Source of the DNA: Cyanobacteriota bacterium | Lineage (GTDB): Bacteria > Cyanobacteriota > Cyanobacteriia > Cyanobacteriales > Nostocaceae | NCBI GenBank assembly: GCA_046045965.1 | Contig: JBJOKS010000046.1 | Span: 1 to 24,044, forward strand | Direction of reading: 5' to 3' | Length of the DNA stretch: 24,044 nucleotides | In this document: piece by piece, positions 1-7,072 of the stretch | Numbering within the stretch: position 1 is the stretch's first letter | Layout of the letters: the number at the start of each line of letters is the position of its first letter | Position numbers and translations under genes: made by a program | Notes under the pieces: generated by a model | The model's input: the letters and a program-made list of their open reading frames with translations, nothing else | The model's database searches: none | Told to the model about the DNA's origin: nothing

Positions 1-471
1 TGGTACACAGGCGAACGCTGGGGCGCATTAGTACAACTAAAAGTTAGTGATGTTTATGATCAGCATGGCAAGCCGCTTGAGAATATTACTTTTAGAAAAA
101 ACACACGAAAAAAGCGTACTGATGGAACTGCTGATACAAGACAAGTACCAATTCACCCAAACTTACTAGAATCTTTGAAAAATTACAAACCAGATAGCGA
201 CCAATGGATGTTCCCTGGAACAGGAACAAGGGAACATCTTTGTTTACGTCGTGCCTCCAGCATTTTGTCGCATGCTGTAGAGAAAGCAGGACTAAAAGCT
301 AAGGGAATTAGCACTCATTCCACCAGAAGAACGTTTATCACCAAATTGCACAATAACGGCTGTTCTGTAGCCACTATCAAACGAATTACCGGGCATAAAG
401 ATTACAAGTCACTGGATTCTTATATTGAAGTTGGTAGTGACGTGATCAAGGGGGCGATTTTTGCTTTGTGA
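1..471 (+). CDS. Tyrosine recombinase/integrase (phage integrase family), 5'-partial at the window edge
   Basis: Frame 1 is open from base 1: [19 protein letters not shown]...[10 protein letters not shown]...TRQVPIHP...[12 protein letters not shown]...[15 protein letters not shown]. Box I Arg (TGER), HxxR, GH and the catalytic Tyr are all present. The TTG start at 175 in the ORF track is internal. Confidence 0.9.
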   Translation, partial: WYTGERWGALVQLKVSDVYDQHGKPLENITFRKNTRKKRTDGTADTRQVPIHPNLLESLKNYKPDSDQWMFPGTGTREHLCLRRASSILSHAVEKAGLKAKGISTHSTRRTFITKLHNNGCSVATIKRITGHKDYKSLDSYIEVGSDVIKGAIFAL

Positions 472-477
472 TTGGGG

Positions 478-1010
478 ATTCTCTTTAATAAAGTATCTAT
501 CGCTTCCTGTCCAAAATCTTTACCTGAACCTGCTGGTGCTAGTGCGTAAGCTTCATCAATAAATAACACTCCATCTAATGCTGATTTTACAACTTCATCT
601 ACTTTTAATGCTGTTTGTCCAACATATCCAGCAACCAAACCTGATCGATCAGTTTCCACAACATGACCTTGAGAAAGTATTCCTAATTCTTTGTATATTT
701 CACCCATCAACCGCGCAACCGTTGTTTTACCAGTTCCCGGAGGACCACAAAACACGGAATGTAATGAGATGGAAATATTAGGTAAACCTTCTTCCTGTCG
801 CATTTTCTGAACTTTAAGAAAATTGATGAAAGTGTTAATGTCATTTTTAACATTTTCCATTCCTACCAGATGATTTAACTTTTCGATAACATCATCTAAA
901 CCTTCAGATTTAGAATCAGAATTATTATGATTTTTCTTGTTTCCAGAAATATTTAACTCTCTCTTCATGCGTTGTAGTTCAGCTTCAATTTCTAAATCTC
1001 GATAAGTCAT
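478..1010 (-). pseudogene. CbbX/SpoVK/EccA-type AAA+ ATPase, 3'-truncated (interrupted)
   Basis: LVGMENVK, Walker [24 protein letters not shown], Walker B VLFIDEAY and [15 protein letters not shown] are present. The family-typical continuation (MED...VIVAGY, Arg finger, lid) is absent; the frame instead reads antisense into the integrase and stops at 420. AAGGTAGGGT precedes the ATG. Confidence 0.8.
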
Positions 1011-1216
1011 ACCCTACCTTCTTTGCTATTTCAAGTTATATGCTGTGAAAACTCTGCTTTTTTTAAGTAAAAATACGGTCAATCTTAGTTAATTATAAAT
1101 CAAATTTAGTAATATGCAATTTATTGATTAAATAATTTTTTAATATTTTTTTCTTGCATTTAAATTATACTAGAGTTTAATTATTAAAATCAGACTTAAA
1201 TTCCTGTGAATTACCT

Positions 1217-2494
1217 ATGGATAGAACTCTAGTACCAACAGAAAAATTTATGTGGTTATGGTACCAACAGCATCCTGAAAACGTTACTTTCTCAGTTACT
1301 ATTACAGGTAAATTGAACGTTGACAGATTAAAAGAAGCTTTAGCGTGGTTACAACAGCGTCATTCTCGGTTGAGGGTGAAAATAGTCATTAATGCAGAAA
1401 ATCAGCCACAATTTTCAGAAAAAGATGTACCACCGATTCCATTAAAAGTAATTGAACGACAAGGAGAAAAAAATTGGTGTCAAGAAATGGTATCAGAATT
1501 ACTCATACCTTTGTCTTGGAATCAAGAACCATTAATGCGCGTATTATTGTTAATTTCACCTGATATTTCTAACCTTTTGATTACCTTTCATCACTGCATT
1601 GGAGATGGAATATCAGGAACTTATTTGATTAGAGATATTTTACAATTTATTGGTGAACCAGATAGTCAGAAAGAGATATTACCCGATTTACCACCTATTG
1701 ATCAACTGCTACCTGAAACAGCAAAAAAAATAAGTTTAGTTGATGAAACTTCCCCAGAATCAATCAAGTATGATTCTATTTTTGCCACACATTTTCGCAC
1801 AAAAAATAAACAACCAGGCTGTGATGATTTTAAAATTAGCCTATTTAATTTGACAATATCAGTTAAACATACCAATCAATTAATTGCCCGTTGTCGAGAG
1901 GAAAAAACCACTGTACATGGTGCTTTGTATGCGGCATTTTTATTAGCAATTTTTGCAGAAATTAACGCTAATGAAGCAACTATTTTTAGATGTCACTCAC
2001 CGATAAATATTCGCAAATATTTAAATATTAAAATAGATGAAAATTTAGGTGAATATATTACTCGTCCAATTATCCAGCATCAAGTTAGCAAAGATACTGA
2101 TTTTTGGGATTTAGCCCGCGAAGTGAAACACAAATTAAATCAAGTTATTACAGAAGGGAAATTATTTAATGATGTATTCATGGTTAGGGAAATAATCTCT
2201 AATGACGCTCAAACCAATGTCAATATTTTGAATCTACTGGATAATCTTGTGATGGATATTGCAATTACTAACTTAGGTATTCTCAATATTCCGCAGCAAT
2301 TTGGACATTTACAAATAGAGGAAGTTTATGTAATGGCTACAGCACCAAAAACTCTACCATTGTTAATAGGTGTGGCAACAATAGGGGGTAAAATGTGTTT
2401 AATTGGTCGTTATATAGAATCTATAATTCCCAGTGAAAATGCTCAGAATATTAAAGAAAGATTTATGCAGCAACTACTTACATTTATTGATTAG
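1217..2494 (+). CDS. Stand-alone condensation-domain / PapA5-like (alcohol acyltransferase) protein
   Basis: HHxxxDG catalytic motif (FHHCIGDGISG), N-terminal LKEALAWLQQRHSRLR, and C-terminal lobe motifs LIARCREEKTTVHGALYAA, SPINIR, FWDLAREVK and ITNLG. Confidence 0.8.
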   Translation: MDRTLVPTEKFMWLWYQQHPENVTFSVTITGKLNVDRLKEALAWLQQRHSRLRVKIVINAENQPQFSEKDVPPIPLKVIERQGEKNWCQEMVSELLIPLSWNQEPLMRVLLLISPDISNLLITFHHCIGDGISGTYLIRDILQFIGEPDSQKEILPDLPPIDQLLPETAKKISLVDETSPESIKYDSIFATHFRTKNKQPGCDDFKISLFNLTISVKHTNQLIARCREEKTTVHGALYAAFLLAIFAEINANEATIFRCHSPINIRKYLNIKIDENLGEYITRPIIQHQVSKDTDFWDLAREVKHKLNQVITEGKLFNDVFMVREIISNDAQTNVNILNLLDNLVMDIAITNLGILNIPQQFGHLQIEEVYVMATAPKTLPLLIGVATIGGKMCLIGRYIESIIPSENAQNIKERFMQQLLTFID

Positions 2495-2757
2495 TTGTTA
2501 ATTAACCTCAAATGCAAATTTGAGCATAACTAATTATACCTAAATCATTAAAAATGCCACTTGAACCAAGATCAAACTATCCCGTACCCCTACCCTATCG
2601 ACAGGAATTAAGTATCTGAAACCCTTATAAATTAAAGGCTATACTTTTTGAGTACATGATTAATATGTATTAATATATAAGATTCTGTCTAGGAGATAAT
2701 AATATCTAAAAGCTTGGCTAGAAGTCAGAATTATTAATAATTCATAATTCATAAAAC

Positions 2758-2773
2758 TGTAGAAAATATTACA
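2758..2773. promoter_or_regulatory. Putative NtcA box upstream of nifJ
   Basis: TGTAGAAAATATTACA matches TGTA-N8-TACA exactly, about 95 bp before the nifJ ATG. No clean TAN3T -10 box at the canonical spacing. Confidence 0.55.
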
Positions 2774-2868
2774 AATCAACTTCCTGACTCTAGCCATTTT
2801 CAATGCTTATCTTTTTGGGTTCTCTGCGTACAGTTGAAACAACCACAAAAGACACAGGAAGAAAAATC

Positions 2869-5800
2869 ATGAGTAAATTATTTGCCACAATTGATGGTAA
2901 TGAAGCAGTTGCGCGTGTAGCTTACAAATTAAACGAAGTTATTGCTATTTATCCTATCACACCATCTTCAAATATGGGTGAATGGGCTGATGCTTGGATG
3001 TCAGAAAATAAACCTAATTTATGGGGTACAATTCCTAATGTCACCCAAATGCAAAGTGAAGGTGGTGCTGCTGCTGCGGTACATGGTGCATTACAAACTG
3101 GTGCTTTAAGTACAACTTTCACCGCTTCCCAAGGGTTGTTATTAATGATTCCCAATTTGTTTAAAATTGCGGGAGAATTAACCAGTTTTGTGATTCATGT
3201 TTCTGCACGTTCTTTAGCTACACACGCTTTATCTATTTTCGGTGATCATAGCGATGTGATGGCTGCAAGAAGTACAGGTTTTGCATTATTATGTTCTGCT
3301 TCTGTACAAGAAAGTCATGATTTTGCGTTAATTTCTCATGCTGCAACTTTAGTTGCAAGAGTTCCTTTTATGCACTTTTTCGATGGGTTTAGAACTTCCC
3401 ATGAAGTGCAGAAAGTTGAATTATTATCTGATCAAGATTTACAGGAACTTATTCCTTTTGAATTAATATCTGCACATCGTCAACGCTGTTTAACTCCAGA
3501 TAAACCAGTGTTACGAGGAACAGCACAAAACCCCGATGTTTACTTTCAATCTCGTGAAGGTGCAAACCCTTATTACAATGCTTGTGCAGAAATTGTTCAA
3601 CAAGTAATGGACAAGTTTGGAGAGAGAACAGGACGATATTACAAACTCTATGAATATCATGGTGTTCCAGACGCAGAACGGGTAATTATTCTTATGGGTT
3701 CTGGTTGTGAAACTGTCCATGAAACCGTTGATTATTTAAACCAACGAGGTGAAAAAGTTGGAGTTTTGAAAGTGCGACTTTTTCGACCTTTTGATGTAGG
3801 AAGACTTGTAGAAGCTTTACCTAACAGTGTAAAATCAATTGCGGTTCTGGATAGAACAAAAGAAGCAGGAAGTGCAGGAGAACCTTTATATTTAGATGTG
3901 GTGACAGCTATTTATGAAGGATGGAAAAAAACCACCTTTCCCAAAATTGTGGGGGGAAGATATGGTTTATCTTCTAAAGAATTTACCCCAGCAATGGTAA
4001 AAGCGGTGTTTGATAATCTTGTTCAAGCATTACCCAAAAATCATTTTACTGTTGGTATTAATGATGATGTCAGTTTCACGTCTTTGAATTTTGACTCTAA
4101 TTTTTCAACAGAACCAGATAATGTAGTTCGTGCTATGTTCTATGGTTTGGGTTCTGATGGTACGGTAGGTGCAAATAAGAACTCTATTAAAATTATCGGT
4201 GAAGGAACGGAAAATAACGCGCAAGGTTATTTCGTTTATGACTCGAAAAAGTCTGGTTCAATGACAGTTTCTCATTTGCGTTTCGGACTGAATAAAATTC
4301 GTTCCACTTACCTGATAGACAAAGCTAATTTTATCGGTTGTCATCATTGGGGTTTCATCGAAAAAATTGATCTCTTAAAAAATGCTGCACCAGGAGCAAT
4401 TTTATTATTAAATAGTCCCTACGCAGCAGAAACAGTTTGGGAAAATTTACCAGTCAAGGTAAAGAAACAAATTCTCGCTCAAGACCTGAAACTTTATACT
4501 ATTAATGCGAGTCAGGTCGCAAAAAATAGCGGGATGGGACACAGAATTAACACTATTATGCAAGTGTGTTTCTTCGCTTTATCAGGAGTATTACCACAAG
4601 ATAAAGCTATTGCTAAAATCAAACAAGCCATAGAAAAAACCTATGGTAAAAAAGGTGCAGAAGTTGTCAAAATGAATTTAAAAGCTGTAGACAATACTTT
4701 AGAAAATCTGCACCAAATCGAAATTCCTCTCGTTGAAAAAGGTAAATTTTCAGATGTAGAGAAATTAGCAACATCTCTACAAACAAATGCACCGAAATTT
4801 GTCGAGAATGTTCTTGGTAAAATCATGTTATGGGAAGGTGACGACTTACCTGTAAGTGCTTTACCTGCGGATGGAACTTTCCCCACTGCAACTGCAAAAT
4901 GGGAAAAACGCAACGTTGCAGAAGAAATTCCGATTTGGGATGAAAATGTCTGCGTTCAGTGTGGTAAATGTGTGATGGTTTGTCCTCACGCTGCTATTCG
5001 TGCGAAAGTTTATGCAGCGGATAAATTAGCAAATGCACCTGCAACTTTTAAGTCAACAAACGCGAAAGATAAAGACTTTGCTACCCAGAAATTTACTATT
5101 CAAGTTGCACCAGAAGACTGTACAGGTTGCAGTATTTGTGTGAATGTTTGTCCTGCAAAAAATAAAGCAGAACCAACAAAAAAAGCTATTAACATGAGTC
5201 CGCAGTTACCCATCAGAGAACAGGAACGCAAAAACTGGGATTTCTTTTTAAGTTTACCAAATCCTGACCGCAGAAAGTTGAAATTAAACCAAATTCGTCA
5301 ACAACAACTGCAAGAACCATTGTTTGAATTTTCCGGTGCTTGTGCAGGATGTGGAGAAACACCCTACCTTAAATTATTAACACAATTATTTGGCGATCGC
5401 TCACTCATTGCCAATGCTACCGGTTGTTCTTCCATTTACGGTGGAAATTTACCTACAACCCCCTGGAGTCAAAACGCAGAAGGAAGAGGTCCCGCATGGT
5501 CCAATAGTTTATTTGAAGATAACGCCGAATTTGGTTTTGGTTATCGCTTATCTTTAGATAAACAAGCAGAATTTGCAGCAGAATTATTGCAACAATTAAG
5601 TAGTGAAATTGGCGATAATTTAGTTAATGACATCCTCACAAATTCCCAAAAAACCGAAGCTGATATTTGGGAACAACGGGAAAGAATTGCAATTCTCAAA
5701 CAAAAACTAGAAGCAATTTCCGCATCTAAAAATGACCAAAATCTAAAATCCAAAATCCAAAATCTCAAATCCCTCGCTGATTATTTAGTGAAGAAAAGTG

Positions 5801-6435
5801 TGTGGATAGTAGGTGGTGATGGATGGGCTTATGACATTGACTTTGGTGGAATTGATCACGTTTTAGCCAGTGGTAAAAATGTCAATATCCTAGTCATGGA
5901 TACAGAAGTTTATTCTAACACAGGCGGTCAATCTTCCAAAGCAACTCCTAAAGCCGCAGTTGCGAAATATGCAACTGGTGGTAAACCTGCACCCAAGAAA
6001 GATTTAGGTTTAATGGCCATGACCTATGGTAATGTTTATGTTGCCAGTGTGGCTTTAGGTGCGCGAGATGAACATACATTAAAAGCATTTTTAGAAGCGG
6101 AAGCTTTTGATGGTCCATCCTTAATTATTGCCTACAGTCATTGTATTGCTCACGGGATTGATATGACCACCGGTTTACAACAGCAGAAGGCTTTAGTAGA
6201 CGCAGGAAGATGGTTGTTATATCGTTATAATCCGGCATTGCAAGAACAGGGTAAAAATCCCCTACAATTGGATATGAAAGCGCCTTCTGAGTCTGTGGAA
6301 AAATCCATGTACCAGGAGAACCGGTTTAAAATGTTGACGAAGAGTAAACCGGAAATTGCTAAACAATTGCTAGAACAAGCGCAAGCAGAAGTAAATGCTA
6401 GATGGGAGATGTATCAATATTTGGCTAATAGGTAA
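2869..6435 (+). CDS. nifJ: Pyruvate:ferredoxin/flavodoxin oxidoreductase
   Basis: MSKLFATIDGNEAVARVAY...YPITPSS, QSEGGAA, GLGSDGTVGANK, two 4Fe-4S motifs (CVQCGKCVMVCP, CTGCSICVNVCP), GACAGCGE, and the TPP motif GGDGWAYDI...NTGGQ. The ATG at 2869 is preferred over 2803 because family similarity begins there. Confidence 0.97.
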   Translation: MSKLFATIDGNEAVARVAYKLNEVIAIYPITPSSNMGEWADAWMSENKPNLWGTIPNVTQMQSEGGAAAAVHGALQTGALSTTFTASQGLLLMIPNLFKIAGELTSFVIHVSARSLATHALSIFGDHSDVMAARSTGFALLCSASVQESHDFALISHAATLVARVPFMHFFDGFRTSHEVQKVELLSDQDLQELIPFELISAHRQRCLTPDKPVLRGTAQNPDVYFQSREGANPYYNACAEIVQQVMDKFGERTGRYYKLYEYHGVPDAERVIILMGSGCETVHETVDYLNQRGEKVGVLKVRLFRPFDVGRLVEALPNSVKSIAVLDRTKEAGSAGEPLYLDVVTAIYEGWKKTTFPKIVGGRYGLSSKEFTPAMVKAVFDNLVQALPKNHFTVGINDDVSFTSLNFDSNFSTEPDNVVRAMFYGLGSDGTVGANKNSIKIIGEGTENNAQGYFVYDSKKSGSMTVSHLRFGLNKIRSTYLIDKANFIGCHHWGFIEKIDLLKNAAPGAILLLNSPYAAETVWENLPVKVKKQILAQDLKLYTINASQVAKNSGMGHRINTIMQVCFFALSGVLPQDKAIAKIKQAIEKTYGKKGAEVVKMNLKAVDNTLENLHQIEIPLVEKGKFSDVEKLATSLQTNAPKFVENVLGKIMLWEGDDLPVSALPADGTFPTATAKWEKRNVAEEIPIWDENVCVQCGKCVMVCPHAAIRAKVYAADKLANAPATFKSTNAKDKDFATQKFTIQVAPEDCTGCSICVNVCPAKNKAEPTKKAINMSPQLPIREQERKNWDFFLSLPNPDRRKLKLNQIRQQQLQEPLFEFSGACAGCGETPYLKLLTQLFGDRSLIANATGCSSIYGGNLPTTPWSQNAEGRGPAWSNSLFEDNAEFGFGYRLSLDKQAEFAAELLQQLSSEIGDNLVNDILTNSQKTEADIWEQRERIAILKQKLEAISASKNDQNLKSKIQNLKSLADYLVKKSVWIVGGDGWAYDIDFGGIDHVLASGKNVNILVMDTEVYSNTGGQSSKATPKAAVAKYATGGKPAPKKDLGLMAMTYGNVYVASVALGARDEHTLKAFLEAEAFDGPSLIIAYSHCIAHGIDMTTGLQQQKALVDAGRWLLYRYNPALQEQGKNPLQLDMKAPSESVEKSMYQENRFKMLTKSKPEIAKQLLEQAQAEVNARWEMYQYLANR
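5737..5771 (+). repeat. In-frame heptamer tandem repeat (STRR-like) inside nifJ
   Basis: CAAAATC TAAAATC CAAAATC CAAAATC TCAAATC (5 x 7 bp), encoding about QNLKSKIQNLKS. Confidence 0.8.
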
Positions 6436-6448
6436 TTGGTAATTGATA

Positions 6449-6570
6449 GCCCGCCTCAGAATGAATTCTGAGTCTAATAAAGAAAGTCGTCTAAAGACGA
6501 CTACATAAAATTTTTGAGTCCGTTTTAACGGACTTTAGTTATTAGCCCTGAACTTCAGTTCTGGGCGGGT
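6449..6570. mobile_element. Small multi-hairpin dispersed repeat (MITE/SDR-like) after nifJ
   Basis: Terminal IR CCCGCC/GGCGGG. Hairpins CTCAGAAT-ga-ATTCTGAG, AGTCGTCT-aa-AGACGACT, AGTCCGTT-tt-AACGGACT and CCCTGAACT-tc-AGTTCTGGG. Internal stem CTAATAA/TTATTAG. Confidence 0.75.
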
Positions 6571-6650
6571 TGTGTTGAAAATCCAAAGGATTATTACATT
6601 TTGGACAGCAATTTCAAATGACAGAATTAGAATTTTAGGAGATTAAAAAA

Positions 6651-7004
6651 ATGCTAGATGTAAAAAATGAGTATCTCTATAATTTATTAGCAAGAATAAA
6701 ACAAAGACCAGGAATGTATTTAGGAAATTGTTCTATTACTCGACTAAATATGTTATTGGTTGGCTATAGTCAAGCGAGAATGGAATTAGGATTACCACGT
6801 ACAGAACAAGAAAAAGAGTTTGATCAATTTCAAGAATGGATACAAAATAAATATAATATTACTGCTAGTCAAGGATGGGATAGTATTATTCTCTTAAATT
6901 CCACTGATGAAAAAGAAGCTTTTTATAAATTTTTTCAATTATTTGATGAATTTTCTCACAAAAATACAAATGATGCAAGTTTGGAAGTTTACTTAGCAAG
7001 TTGA
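6651..7004 (+). CDS. Hypothetical protein (117 aa, IKQRPGMYLG-type small helical protein)
   Basis: AGGAG RBS at 6637-6641 and an ATG start. The pattern LLARIKQRPGMYLG...L..LLVGY...FQEWI...GWDSII...AFYKFFQLFDEF resembles a widespread uncharacterised family. Confidence 0.8.
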   Translation: MLDVKNEYLYNLLARIKQRPGMYLGNCSITRLNMLLVGYSQARMELGLPRTEQEKEFDQFQEWIQNKYNITASQGWDSIILLNSTDEKEAFYKFFQLFDEFSHKNTNDASLEVYLAS

Positions 7005-7072
7005 ATCATTGCCAACAACTAATCAACATTTATTAAAAAGTGGGCAAAATGCCCACATTAGATTAATAGATT

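Noticed and set aside
420..477. C-terminal [19 protein letters not shown] of the AAA ORF as real protein sequence
   Set aside because: It is antisense read-through into the integrase 3' end after the break point.
2803..2868. 22-aa N-terminal extension of NifJ
   Set aside because: Family similarity starts at MSKLFATIDGNEA (2869).
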